A DNA stretch of 64,000 nt, taken from assembly GCA_049294275.1 (NCBI GenBank), contig JBAQCQ010000093.1, positions 975 through 64,974 on the forward strand. The letters are read 5' to 3'. Position numbers and translations under genes: made by a program. Shown here in pieces: positions 38,828 to 47,736 of the stretch. Below the pieces are notes generated by a model, which searched no databases, was not told the DNA's origin, and worked only from the letters and a program-made list of their open reading frames with translations. The DNA comes from Bacteroidales bacterium (GTDB lineage Bacteria; Bacteroidota; Bacteroidia; Bacteroidales; VadinHA17). Positions within the stretch are counted from its first letter, which is position 1; each line of letters opens with the position of its first letter.

Positions 38828-41188
38828 TTGATCCATCAGAGAGCAAATATAAAAATTACTGGTCCCAAACTATTTCTCCTGGTGATCATTATTTTCACTG
38901 CAGCCTCCTGCAACCCCACCAAATACGTGCCTTCAGGGGAACTGCTTCTGAACAGCAATGAGATAGTGGTACAGCCGGGCACCGTACCTCTGCCTCCCTC
39001 AGTCAGCAGGAGTGCGATAAAACCGTATGTCAGGCAGCAGCCCAACAAGAAGATCTTTGGAATGAGATTTCACCTGGGCCTGTACAACCTTTCAGATATT
39101 TCAAAGAAAAAATGGCCCCACGCATGGCTGCGGAGGATAGGCGAGGAGCCGGTTGTATTTGATCCGTCATCAGCTGAAAGATCAGCCGGGCAGATACAAA
39201 ACTACCTGTGGTCGAAGGGTTTTTTCAACGCCATTGTGGAGGACACGTTACGGACCCATAAAGATGAGGCAAAAGTCGTTTACAACCTCAATCCTGGCAG
39301 ACCCTACACGATTGCTGACATCCGGTATGACATTCAGGACACCACACTTTACCCCCTGGTGATGATAGATACGGTCAACTGCACCATAGAGAGGGGGATG
39401 ATATACGATGTGGACCTTCTGCAGCGGGAACGGCAGAGACTTGAACGCTTCATCAGGGATATCGGATTTTATGCCTTCTCCACCGAGAATATATCTTTCC
39501 GCGTTGACAGCACGCTGATGAACCGGCAGGTTATTGTCAACTATGTCGTCTCCCGCAGAACTACCTCAGACAGCGAGGGCAGGCCAGTATACACCGATCA
39601 CACGATGTACCGCATAAGGGACGTTTATGTATTTCCTGATTTTGATCCCAGACTTTCACTGACCGGAGGTGAGGCTTATACCAGTACCTTTGATACAACC
39701 TTCTTCAGCGGGATCAATTTCGTTGCTCCGCCGGGAAAGCTGGCAGTCAGGCCCGAGGTGCTCACACAGGCCCTGTATATCACTCCGGGATCGTTGTTCA
39801 GCGTGACCAATGCCGAACAGACCGAGAAACACCTGGTTGACCTCAAAAACCACAGACTCGTCAACGTATCATACGTCGACGCCGGAAGTGTCTCCGGTGA
39901 GAGGAGGGATGAGGGTATGCTTGACTGCATCATACAACTCACCCCAATGGAGCGCCAGTCGTTTACAGTCGAACTTGAAGGAACCCACTCCGGAGGAAAT
40001 ATCGGTGGTGCGCTTAACCTTATCTACCAGAATAAAAGCCTTCTCGGAGGAGCGGAGCTCTTCAGCATGAAGCTGAAGGGGGCATATGAAACTCTGACCG
40101 AAGCATCCACGGGATTCTCCAACACCCAGCAATACGGTTTCGAAACGAACCTCAGGATACCGAAGTTCCTGATGCCGTTACCTTCGAAGGAGAACTTTAT
40201 CAGGAAGCATGATCCCAGGACGGTGCTCCAGGCGGGCTACAACTACCAGAAGGTGCCTGTCTATGCTCGGTCTGTCGCCAATATTTCACTCGGCTACACC
40301 TGGAACGGGAACAAATATACCAGTTACAATATCAACCCCCTTTCTTTCAATGTGGTCAAGCTCCATTATGTCGACCCGGAATTCCAGGCCATGATAGACA
40401 CAACATCTTACCTTGCCTTTTCCTACCGGGATGTCAGGATAATGGGCGGACGATACAACTATGTCTTCAATGATCAGGTGCTGGCGAAATCGAGGGATTA
40501 CTGGAATATCCGCCTTGGAGTCGATCTTGCCGGCAACGTGCTCTCGGCATTATACAGGCTGGGCAATGCGAAGACCGCCTCTGACGGAAGCTACCAGCTC
40601 TTCGGCCAGCCTTTCGCCCAGTTCATCAAGGGAGAGATTGATGCAACGTACAATTACAGGATCACTGCGGCAAGCAGCATCGTTTACAGAGCCTTTGCCG
40701 GACTGGGATGGGCATACGGAAACTCCAGGGTCATGCCGTTCGAGGAGCAGTACTTCGGAGGAGGCGCAAACGATCTAAGGGCATGGGTGGTCAGAACTCT
40801 AGGTCCGGGTTCATATGTCTTGCCTGAGAGCTCCTTCATAAACCTCACTGCCGACATGAAACTGGAGGCTAATGTGGAATACCGGTTCAAGCTTTTCTGG
40901 ATACTGGAGGGTGCAACATTCATTGATGCAGGCAACATATGGACTACCAGGTTTGATGAGGACAGGCCGGGAAGCCAGTTCAGGTTCAACAGGTTCCTGG
41001 ATGAGATTGCTGTCGGCTCAGGGCTTGGGCTGAGGTTTGACCTCAAATTCGTTCTGCTGAGGGCCGATTTCGGAATCAAGCTGCGTGATCCGCAGGCCAC
41101 CACCGGTACCAAATGGATCCCGCTCAACGGTACCTTTGACCGGAAATCGGATCTGACCATGGTCATAGGGATTGGTTATCCGTTCTAG
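38828..41188 (+). CDS. Omp85-family outer-membrane protein with lipoprotein signal (TamL/BamA-like)
   Basis: Lipobox FTAASC, POTRA-like region, C-terminal barrel (GGANDLRAW) ending in the beta-signal ...GIGYPF. Start uncertain; the longest ORF starts at TTG 38807. Confidence 0.75.
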   Translation: MIHQRANIKITGPKLFLLVIIIFTAASCNPTKYVPSGELLLNSNEIVVQPGTVPLPPSVSRSAIKPYVRQQPNKKIFGMRFHLGLYNLSDISKKKWPHAWLRRIGEEPVVFDPSSAERSAGQIQNYLWSKGFFNAIVEDTLRTHKDEAKVVYNLNPGRPYTIADIRYDIQDTTLYPLVMIDTVNCTIERGMIYDVDLLQRERQRLERFIRDIGFYAFSTENISFRVDSTLMNRQVIVNYVVSRRTTSDSEGRPVYTDHTMYRIRDVYVFPDFDPRLSLTGGEAYTSTFDTTFFSGINFVAPPGKLAVRPEVLTQALYITPGSLFSVTNAEQTEKHLVDLKNHRLVNVSYVDAGSVSGERRDEGMLDCIIQLTPMERQSFTVELEGTHSGGNIGGALNLIYQNKSLLGGAELFSMKLKGAYETLTEASTGFSNTQQYGFETNLRIPKFLMPLPSKENFIRKHDPRTVLQAGYNYQKVPVYARSVANISLGYTWNGNKYTSYNINPLSFNVVKLHYVDPEFQAMIDTTSYLAFSYRDVRIMGGRYNYVFNDQVLAKSRDYWNIRLGVDLAGNVLSALYRLGNAKTASDGSYQLFGQPFAQFIKGEIDATYNYRITAASSIVYRAFAGLGWAYGNSRVMPFEEQYFGGGANDLRAWVVRTLGPGSYVLPESSFINLTADMKLEANVEYRFKLFWILEGATFIDAGNIWTTRFDEDRPGSQFRFNRFLDEIAVGSGLGLRFDLKFVLLRADFGIKLRDPQATTGTKWIPLNGTFDRKSDLTMVIGIGYPF

Positions 41189-41192
41189 AATT

Positions 41193-41253
41193 CTCGATTT
41201 TCTATTGTCGATTGCCGATTGAGGGTCTTTTTATCGCAAATCGCAAATCGCTT
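41193..41253 (+). repeat. Two short heptad blocks: (NNCGATT) x4 then (ATCGCAA) x2 + ATCGCTT
   Basis: CTCGATT TTCTATT GTCGATT GCCGATT (41193-41220), a 12-nt spacer, then ATCGCAA ATCGCAA ATCGCTT (41233-41253). The blocks are imperfect inverted complements. Confidence 0.8.
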
Positions 41254-41289
41254 GACAAGCCCTGAATTATTTCCTACCTTTCATTCGTC

Positions 41290-42285
41290 TTGCTGTATTG
41301 CCAGGTGAAGCCGTTAAGGAAGGTTACAGACGCGTTGCTGGGTTTTGACCGCCGTGAGAGGCGGGGAACCTATGTGCTTTCGGCATTGCTTATCGTGTTG
41401 CTGGCAGTGAGGTTCACGGCCTACAGGCCGGGCAGTGTGCCTGATGATCCCGGTTCGGTTTCCGTCGCGGCAGACAGTAATCAGGTCATCCCCGGAGTAT
41501 CGCAGCCCGGCCGGGTGCCGTTCACCTTCGACCCGAACAGCGCCTCGTATGAAGAGTTGCTGACGCTTGGTCTTACCGAAAGGCAGGCAACCACACTCAT
41601 CAACTACAGAATCGCAGGAGCGCAGTTCAGAAAGCCGCAGGAGCTGTCAAGGGTGTACGGCATCGACTCAGCCACTGCGGCCCGCCTCATCCCGTTTATA
41701 ATTATTGAGGAAAGTGCCGGTACGCCAGGCTCCGCGCAGGAACAAACGCATTCGTACAAAACAGTGCTACCTGCAGGTCGTGAAATCCAGGGCACATCCG
41801 TACACTACCCGGCAGCTTCACACGCAACGGCTGCACTGCCGGTTGATCTTAACAGAAGCAGTGCTGCCGAGCTGGAATCCCTGCCGGGCATCGGGCCTGT
41901 TCTGGCGGCGAGGATCATAAAGTACCGCAGCCTCCTTGGCGGTTTTGTCGACAGCCGGCAGCTCGCGGAGGTGTATGGTCTCGACAGCGCTGTTGTCAGC
42001 CTCGTTGGCCCGATGGTGACTGTCACTCATGACTCCGTGTCGCCCCTTGTGCTTGACAGCGCCTCATTCGGCGATCTTGCCCGTCATCCCTACGTGGGTT
42101 ACGAGACCGCAAGGCTCATCACAAGGTACAGGGAGCTGTCAGGCGCTCCCCTTACACTCGGATCAATGGTCAGCCAGAAGGTCATAACAGAACTGCAGGC
42201 TGAGCGTATGGCTCCCTATGTAAGGCCTTCTCCGGGTGTCACCGGCACTGATTATGAATTTATTTCATCAAAAGTTTTGAAATGA
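41290..42285 (+). CDS. ComEA-like helix-hairpin-helix DNA-binding protein
   Basis: 331 aa with an N-terminal TM. HhH motifs (YEELLTLGLTERQATTLINYR; LESLPGIGPVLAARIIKYR). Start uncertain: TTG 41290 or GTG 41305. Confidence 0.7.
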   Translation: MLYCQVKPLRKVTDALLGFDRRERRGTYVLSALLIVLLAVRFTAYRPGSVPDDPGSVSVAADSNQVIPGVSQPGRVPFTFDPNSASYEELLTLGLTERQATTLINYRIAGAQFRKPQELSRVYGIDSATAARLIPFIIIEESAGTPGSAQEQTHSYKTVLPAGREIQGTSVHYPAASHATAALPVDLNRSSAAELESLPGIGPVLAARIIKYRSLLGGFVDSRQLAEVYGLDSAVVSLVGPMVTVTHDSVSPLVLDSASFGDLARHPYVGYETARLITRYRELSGAPLTLGSMVSQKVITELQAERMAPYVRPSPGVTGTDYEFISSKVLK

Positions 42286-42333
42286 ATTTCAGAGGTATTA
42301 ATTTTGCGGCTCGTTTTAACATAAAGAAACAGT

Positions 42334-42525
42334 ATGATCATTGTACCGGTAAAAGAAGGTGAGAACATTGACAGAGCCCTCAAGAAATTCAAGAGGAAAT
42401 TTGAGAAGACGGGTGTAATCCGTGAACTCAGGTCTCGTCAGGCTTTTATCAAACCCTCGGTCCGCCGCAGGGAAGAGATAAAGAAGGCCGTATATGTTCA
42501 GCAGATGCAGCAGGAAGAGGAATAG
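42334..42525 (+). CDS. rpsU: 30S ribosomal protein S21
   Basis: 63 aa. ALKKFKRKFEKTGVIRELRSRQAFIKPS. Confidence 0.95.
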   Translation: MIIVPVKEGENIDRALKKFKRKFEKTGVIRELRSRQAFIKPSVRRREEIKKAVYVQQMQQEEE

Positions 42526-42576
42526 TTCCGCTGCGCTCTGCCCTTTTCAAATAACATAAATCAAAAGGTTCCTTTT

Positions 42577-43458
42577 ATGGACAAAAAGGAATCGTTCCTT
42601 CAATACATCCGTACCGAGAAGCGCTATTCGCGGCACACCGTTACTTCCTACAAGAACGATCTGGATCAGTTTTTCACCTGGCTGGGGGACAGGAACCCCG
42701 GAGCAGATGCTGATTCTGTAACCTCAGCCGAAGTGAGGGGGTGGATGGTCTCCCTCATTGAGAGCGGAGCGGCAACCGGCACCGTCCACCGGAAGATGTC
42801 GGCTCTCCGATCTTTCTTCCGTTATCTCCGCAGGCACGGCATGAGCAGCGCCGACCCGATGTCAGGTGTCAGGCTCCCGAAGAAGTCGAGGCAGCTGCCT
42901 GTTTTTGTTGAGGAGGAGTCACTTGACAGGCTGCTTGATGAATTTAAATTCGGGGATAATTTTTCGGGTATGCGCGACAGGACTATCGTGGAAATTTTGT
43001 ATCTTACAGGCATGAGGAGGTCGGAACTGATTAACCTGCGTGATGAGGATGTGGATCTCTCTTCAGGCCAGGTGAGGGTTACGGGTAAGCGGGGTAAACA
43101 GAGGGTCATCCCCCTTTCAGCAGGATTTATAAAATCGCTCAGGTCATATCTTGATGCACGCAGGGAGGAAGGTCTTCCTGGCGATTGGTTCTTTGTCACC
43201 TCCAGGGGGAACAAAATGTACGACAAGAGTGTTTACAATACAGTGACAAGATATCTCTCTCTGGTGACCACGGTTGAGAAAAAGAGCCCGCACGTGCTGA
43301 GGCATACCTTTGCCACTCACATGCTCAATCACGGGGCTGACCTCAACTCGATCAAGGAGTTGCTCGGCCACGCCAGTCTTTCAGCCACACAGGTCTACAC
43401 CCACAACACATTTGAACAGTTAAAAAAAGTATATAAACAGGCTCATCCGAGAGCGTAA
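42577..43458 (+). CDS. xerC: Tyrosine recombinase XerC/XerD family
   Basis: 293 aa. RHT..SY..DL core-binding domain. The catalytic region HVLRHTFATHML...LLGHASLSATQVYTH carries the R-H-R-Y signature. Confidence 0.8.
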   Translation: MDKKESFLQYIRTEKRYSRHTVTSYKNDLDQFFTWLGDRNPGADADSVTSAEVRGWMVSLIESGAATGTVHRKMSALRSFFRYLRRHGMSSADPMSGVRLPKKSRQLPVFVEEESLDRLLDEFKFGDNFSGMRDRTIVEILYLTGMRRSELINLRDEDVDLSSGQVRVTGKRGKQRVIPLSAGFIKSLRSYLDARREEGLPGDWFFVTSRGNKMYDKSVYNTVTRYLSLVTTVEKKSPHVLRHTFATHMLNHGADLNSIKELLGHASLSATQVYTHNTFEQLKKVYKQAHPRA

Positions 43459-43484
43459 CTAACAAAACAACAGGAGGTACCGTC

Positions 43485-43784
43485 ATGAACATTCAGATCC
43501 ATTCACTCAAGTTTGATGCTGACAAGAAGTTACTCGACTTTGTTACACAGAAGGTAAACAAACTGTCACTTTTAAGTGACGATATCGTCAATGCAGAGGT
43601 GTTCCTGAGATTGGACCATGATGAGGAGAGGGAGAACAAGCTTACGGAGATCAAGGTAGAGTATCCTGGAGGGCCGCTTTTTGCGCGTAAGCAGAGCAAA
43701 ACTTTTGAAGAAGCCACCGACAACGTTGTCGCAGCCCTTAAGCGGCAGATAGTCAAACAGAAGGGCAAGTTGAGGGGTGAGTAG
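43485..43784 (+). CDS. hpf: Ribosome hibernation promoting factor / RaiA (short form)
   Basis: 99 aa. MNIQIHSLKFDADKKLLDFV...AEVFL...VEYPGGPLFA fits the sigma-54 modulation protein family. Confidence 0.85.
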   Translation: MNIQIHSLKFDADKKLLDFVTQKVNKLSLLSDDIVNAEVFLRLDHDEERENKLTEIKVEYPGGPLFARKQSKTFEEATDNVVAALKRQIVKQKGKLRGE

Positions 43785-43815
43785 TATCACCCCGCCGAAA
43801 AAACTTCAGATTATT

Positions 43816-43847
43816 TTTGAGATTTGAATTTTTAATTCCTACATTTG
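43816..43847 (+). promoter_or_regulatory. Putative promoter of the tRNA-tuf operon (-33 TTTG, -7 TACATTTG)
   Basis: TTTG at 43816-19 and TACATTTG at 43840-47, with a 20-nt spacer. Confidence 0.45.
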
Positions 43848-43850
43848 CAA

Positions 43851-43884
43851 ACCGATTTTTGAGGGTAATTTCTCAGAAATCGGT
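43851..43884 (+). other. 13-bp stem-loop between hpf and tRNA-Thr
   Basis: ACCGATTTTTGAG (43851-63) pairs with CTCAGAAATCGGT (43872-84), including one G.U, around an 8-nt loop. It is followed by CGTTCTTTC, so it could be the hpf terminator or a 5' leader hairpin of the tRNA operon. Confidence 0.55.
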
Positions 43885-43897
43885 CGTTCTTTCAAAA

Positions 43898-43971
43898 GCC
43901 GATGTAGCTCAGTTGGCCAGAGCAGCTGATTTGTAATCTGCAGGTCGGGGGTTCGAATCCCTTCATCGGCT
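43898..43971 (+). tRNA. tRNA-Thr (anticodon UGU)
   Basis: Cloverleaf: acceptor GCCGATG/CATCGGC, D-arm GCTCAGTTGGCCAGAGC, anticodon loop TTTGTAA, T-arm GGGGGTTCGAATCCC. Confidence 0.9.
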
Positions 43972-44019
43972 CATTTTGCGATGAGTATGTATGTCTAACC
44001 AGGCATGCTCTGTGAAGAA

Positions 44020-44102
44020 GGGGAGATACCAAAGTGGCCAACTGGGGCAGACTGTAAATCTGTTGTCTGATGACTTCGTAGGTTCGAATCCTGCTCTCCC
44101 CA
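44020..44102 (+). tRNA. tRNA-Tyr (anticodon GUA), long variable arm
   Basis: Acceptor GGGGAGA/TCTCCCC, anticodon loop CTGTAAA, variable arm, T-arm GTAGGTTCGAATCCTGC. Confidence 0.9.
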
Positions 44103-44171
44103 CTCTTACAGTGCCAGCATCAATGCACTCATGACCCTTGCGGGAACCCGGGTGCCGGTTTAAAGATATAA

Positions 44172-44244
44172 GCGGGAGTAGCTCAGTTGGTAGAGCATTA
44201 GCCTTCCAAGCTAAGGGCCGCGGATTCGAATTCCGTCTCCCGCT
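44172..44244 (+). tRNA. tRNA-Gly (anticodon UCC)
   Basis: Acceptor GCGGGAG/CTCCCGC, anticodon loop CTTCCAA, T-arm GCGGATTCGAATTCCGT. Confidence 0.9.
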
Positions 44245-44250
44245 CAATAT

Positions 44251-44322
44251 GCCGATGTAGCTCAGGGGTAGAGCACTTCCTTGGTAAGGAAGGGGTCATG
44301 AGTTCAACTCTCATCATCGGCT
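44251..44322 (+). tRNA. tRNA-Thr (anticodon GGU)
   Basis: Acceptor GCCGATG/CATCGGC, anticodon stem CTTCC/GGAAG with loop TTGGTAA, T-arm CATGAGTTCAACTCTCATC. Confidence 0.9.
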
Positions 44323-44365
44323 CAAACGATTTTGGATGTAAATTTAATTTAATAAGCTTTTAGTT

Positions 44366-45553
44366 ATGGCAAAAGAAAAATTTGACAGGTCGAAGCCACA
44401 CGTAAATATCGGTACGATCGGTCACGTCGACCACGGCAAGACCACCTTGACAGCTGCTATTACGATGGTTCTCGCTAAGAAAGGTCTCTCAGAAGTAAGG
44501 GACTTTGATTCAATCGACAATGCTCCGGAAGAAAAGGAAAGGGGTATTACGATCAACACGGCACACGTAGAGTATTCAACGGCGAACCGTCACTATGCAC
44601 ACGTTGACTGTCCGGGTCACGCTGACTATGTTAAGAACATGGTTACAGGTGCTGCCCAGATGGACGGCGCGATCCTTGTTGTTGCAGCTACAGACGGCCC
44701 GATGCCTCAGACACGCGAACATATCCTGCTTGCGCGTCAGGTGAACGTACCGCAGGTCCTTGTGTTTCTGAACAAGGTTGACCTGGTTGACGACGAGGAG
44801 CTGATTGACCTCGTTGAGATGGAGGTGCGTGACCTGCTTACCTTCTACAAGTACGATGGTGAGAATTGCCCCGTTATCCGCGGTTCAGCACTCGGTGCCA
44901 TGAACCACGAACCAAAATGGGAAGAGAAGGTCATGGAGCTGATGGATGCAGTCGACTCATTTATTCCGATTCCTCCTCGTGAGAACGAAAAACCGTTCCT
45001 CATGCCGGTTGAAGACGTTTTCTCAATCACAGGTCGTGGTACCGTTGCTACGGGCCGTATTGAAACAGGTCTGGTTCACACGGGCGACGAGCTTGAGATA
45101 GTGGGACTCGGCTCAGAAAAACGCAGGTCAGTATGTACCGGCGTTGAGATGTTCCGCAAGATCCTCGATCAGGGCGAAGCAGGTGACAACGTGGGACTGC
45201 TCCTTCGCGGCGTAGACAAGAAAGAGATCAAGAGGGGTCACGTTCTTGCCAAGCCGGGCTCAATCACACCCCATACCAAGTTCAAGGCTGAGGTTTACGT
45301 TCTGAAGAAAGAGGAAGGCGGTCGTCATACCCCGTTCCACAATCATTACCGTCCCCAGTTTTATCTCCGTACCCTGGACATCACAGGCGAGATCAAACTC
45401 CCCGAAGGAACAGAGATGGTGATGCCGGGTGACAACGTGACCATAACCGTTGAGCTCATCTACCCGGTGGCTATCAACAAGGGACTTCAGTTCGCTATCC
45501 GCGAAGGTGGACGTACGGTTGGTGCCGGTCAGGTGATCGAGATCGTCGAATAA
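44366..45553 (+). CDS. tuf: Elongation factor Tu
   Basis: 395 aa. [21 protein letters not shown]. Confidence 0.98.
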   Translation: MAKEKFDRSKPHVNIGTIGHVDHGKTTLTAAITMVLAKKGLSEVRDFDSIDNAPEEKERGITINTAHVEYSTANRHYAHVDCPGHADYVKNMVTGAAQMDGAILVVAATDGPMPQTREHILLARQVNVPQVLVFLNKVDLVDDEELIDLVEMEVRDLLTFYKYDGENCPVIRGSALGAMNHEPKWEEKVMELMDAVDSFIPIPPRENEKPFLMPVEDVFSITGRGTVATGRIETGLVHTGDELEIVGLGSEKRRSVCTGVEMFRKILDQGEAGDNVGLLLRGVDKKEIKRGHVLAKPGSITPHTKFKAEVYVLKKEEGGRHTPFHNHYRPQFYLRTLDITGEIKLPEGTEMVMPGDNVTITVELIYPVAINKGLQFAIREGGRTVGAGQVIEIVE

Positions 45554-45575
45554 GACCTTATTAAATATATATATA

Positions 45576-45609
45576 ATGGTAACCGTGCGCGCAGGCACAC
45601 GGTTACCAT
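45576..45609 (+). other. 12-bp perfect stem-loop between tuf and tRNA-Trp
   Basis: ATGGTAACCGTG (45576-87) pairs with CACGGTTACCAT (45598-609) around a 10-nt loop. No T-run follows, so it is not a classical terminator. Confidence 0.55.
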
Positions 45610-45619
45610 CAAAATGTAC

Positions 45620-45692
45620 ACGGGTGTAGCTCAGTTGGTAGAGCACTGGTCTCCAAAACCAGGTGTCGGGAGTTCGAGCCTCTCCTCCCGTG
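45620..45692 (+). tRNA. tRNA-Trp (anticodon CCA)
   Basis: Anticodon stem CTGGT/ACCAG with loop CTCCAAA, T-loop TTCGAGC. The acceptor has one mismatch. Confidence 0.85.
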
Positions 45693-45711
45693 CTAAATCG
45701 GAGTCTTAATT

Positions 45712-45903
45712 ATGAAGATAGCAGCTTACTTTAAGGAATCATACAACGAACTCATGCACAAGGTGACATGGCCGTCATGGAGCGAACTCCAGGGAAGCGC
45801 AACCCTTGTACTTGTCACTTCGGTCATCCTGGCCATTGTTATATGGGCCATGGATTTCATATTTGACAAGGCTATGGGTCTTGTCTATGGTTTGTTATAT
45901 TAA
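45712..45903 (+). CDS. secE: Preprotein translocase subunit SecE
   Basis: 63 aa with a single C-terminal TM helix. KVTWPSW motif. Sits between tRNA-Trp and nusG. Confidence 0.9.
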   Translation: MKIAAYFKESYNELMHKVTWPSWSELQGSATLVLVTSVILAIVIWAMDFIFDKAMGLVYGLLY

Positions 45904-45921
45904 AAAGAATAACGGTCACAG

Positions 45922-46470
45922 ATGAGTGAAAACGTTAAGAAGTGGTATGTGCTCAGGGCTATCGGCGGCAAGGAGAAGAAAGTCAAGGAATATCTTGATA
46001 ATGAGATCGTACGCCTGAAGCTGCAGGACTATATCACGCAGGTACTGATACCTACGGAGAAGGTTTACCAGATCCGGGCAGGCAAGAAGGTGAGCAAGGA
46101 GCGCACGTTCTTTCCGGGCTATGTAATAGTTGAGGCCGCACTGGTGGGGGAAGTACCCCACGTGCTGCGCAACGTGCCAAACGTCCTTGGTTTCCTCGGA
46201 ACACAGTCGGGCGAACCGACACCGATACGGAAGGCAGAAATAAACCGTATCCTTGGAAAAGTAGATGAACTGGCAGCCAGCGAAGAGGAATTAAACATTC
46301 CGTTTGTCGTCGGCGAGACAGTGAAAGTAATAGACGGCCCATTCAACAGCTTCTCGGGAGTTATTGAAGAGGTCAATGAAGAAAAGCGGAAGCTGAAAGT
46401 GATGGTCAAGATCTTCGGACGAAAGACCCCGCTTGAACTCAGCTTCATGCAGGTTGAGAAAGAAAGTTAG
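45922..46470 (+). CDS. nusG: Transcription termination/antitermination factor NusG
   Basis: 182 aa. NGN domain (KWYVLRA..GKEKKV) and KOW (GETVKVIDGPFNSFSGVIEEV). Confidence 0.95.
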   Translation: MSENVKKWYVLRAIGGKEKKVKEYLDNEIVRLKLQDYITQVLIPTEKVYQIRAGKKVSKERTFFPGYVIVEAALVGEVPHVLRNVPNVLGFLGTQSGEPTPIRKAEINRILGKVDELAASEEELNIPFVVGETVKVIDGPFNSFSGVIEEVNEEKRKLKVMVKIFGRKTPLELSFMQVEKES

Positions 46471-46556
46471 GAATTAAGGAAATTGACAGCCGTGAATTAT
46501 AATGCTTCCTTAAACGGCCGTCATGCTCTCGCTATAAACAATGCAAATTTTTAATT

Positions 46557-46997
46557 ATGGCAAAAGAAGTTGCTGGATTAATCAAATTACAGATTAAAGG
46601 CGGAGCAGCCAATCCATCTCCACCGGTAGGCCCTGCGCTGGGTTCCAAAGGTGTGAATATCATGGAGTTTTGCAAACAGTTCAATGCCCGCACACAGGAC
46701 AAGGCAGGAAAGGTCATACCGGTGATCATCACCGTGTTCAACGACAAGTCTTTTGAATTTGTCACCAAGACCCCTCCTGTTGCTGTTCAGATAATCGAGG
46801 CTTCCAAGGTAAAGAAGGGCTCACCTGAGCCTAACCGCAACAAGGTGGCGTCAATATCGTGGGCACAGGTAAAGACTATTGCAGAGGATAAAATGCAGGA
46901 TTTAAACTGCTTTACCCTCGAATCCGCGATGAAGATGGTGGCTGGCACGGCCAGAAGTATGGGTATCACTGTAACAGGTGCATTCCCGGGTAAATAA
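46557..46997 (+). CDS. rplK: 50S ribosomal protein L11
   Basis: 146 aa. [20 protein letters not shown]. Confidence 0.97.
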   Translation: MAKEVAGLIKLQIKGGAANPSPPVGPALGSKGVNIMEFCKQFNARTQDKAGKVIPVIITVFNDKSFEFVTKTPPVAVQIIEASKVKKGSPEPNRNKVASISWAQVKTIAEDKMQDLNCFTLESAMKMVAGTARSMGITVTGAFPGK

Positions 46998-47015
46998 CTA
47001 ACTAAGTGAATAGAA

Positions 47016-47711
47016 ATGGCTAAGCTTACCAAGAATCAGAAGTTTGTTCTCGATAAAATCGAGCACGGCAAACTCTATACTTTGACAGAAGCGGCAGCAT
47101 TGGTAAAAGATATCACTACAACTAAGTTTGATGCATCAGTTGATCTTGACGTAAGACTGGGGATTGACCCGCGCAAATCGAACCAGATGGTTCGCGGTGT
47201 TGTATCCCTTCCCAACGGCACAGGCAAGGAAGTCAGGGTTCTCGCCCTGGTCACCCCTGACAAGGAAGCTGAAGCAAAAGAAGCAGGCGCTGATTACGTT
47301 GGACTCGATGAGTGGGTCGACAAGATCAAGGCAGGCTGGACAGACGTTGATGTCATCATTACCATGCCCTCAGTGATGGGTAAGATAGGTCAGTTGGGAC
47401 GAGTACTCGGTCCACGTGGTCTAATGCCGAACCCCAAAAGCGGAACGGTGACCATGGAGATCAGTAAGGCTGTCAGGGAGGTTAAGCAGGGCAAGATCGA
47501 CTTTAAAGTAGATAAGGCCGGTATTGTCCACGCTTCCATCGGAAAAATATCCTTTGAACCTCATAAGATCGTTGAAAACGCAAGAGAATTCCTCTTTATG
47601 ATCAACAAACTCAAACCCGCCTCGGCGAAAGGAACATACATCAGAAGTATTTTCCTCTCAAGCACCATGAGCCCGGGACTGAAAATTGATCCAAAGAGCC
47701 TTGATGTTTAA
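47016..47711 (+). CDS. rplA: 50S ribosomal protein L1
   Basis: 231 aa. [24 protein letters not shown]. Confidence 0.97.
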   Translation: MAKLTKNQKFVLDKIEHGKLYTLTEAAALVKDITTTKFDASVDLDVRLGIDPRKSNQMVRGVVSLPNGTGKEVRVLALVTPDKEAEAKEAGADYVGLDEWVDKIKAGWTDVDVIITMPSVMGKIGQLGRVLGPRGLMPNPKSGTVTMEISKAVREVKQGKIDFKVDKAGIVHASIGKISFEPHKIVENAREFLFMINKLKPASAKGTYIRSIFLSSTMSPGLKIDPKSLDV

Positions 47712-47736
47712 CTGAAAGCAATAATTCAGAGAGATT

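Noticed and set aside
42577-43458. Tyrosine recombinase as the integrase of a mobile element next to a tRNA cluster
   Set aside because: It sits in the conserved housekeeping arrangement rpsU-xerC-hpf-tRNAs-tuf. It has no flanking direct repeats, no partial tRNA duplication and no cargo genes, so a XerC/D-type chromosomal recombinase is the simpler reading.
43963-44247. 94-aa minus-strand ORF
   Set aside because: It spans three tRNA genes (Tyr, Gly) and their spacers, so it is incompatible with the clear cloverleafs on the plus strand.
45260-45646. 128-aa minus-strand ORF over the tuf 3' end and tRNA-Trp
   Set aside because: It is antisense to EF-Tu and tRNA-Trp and has no independent support.
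46471-46556. Possible L11/L1 operon leader structure upstream of rplK (8-bp TTAAGGAA/TTCCTTAA pairing)
   Set aside because: The stem is short and AT-rich with a 24-nt loop, and I could not verify any rRNA-mimic motif. Covariation analysis would be needed.
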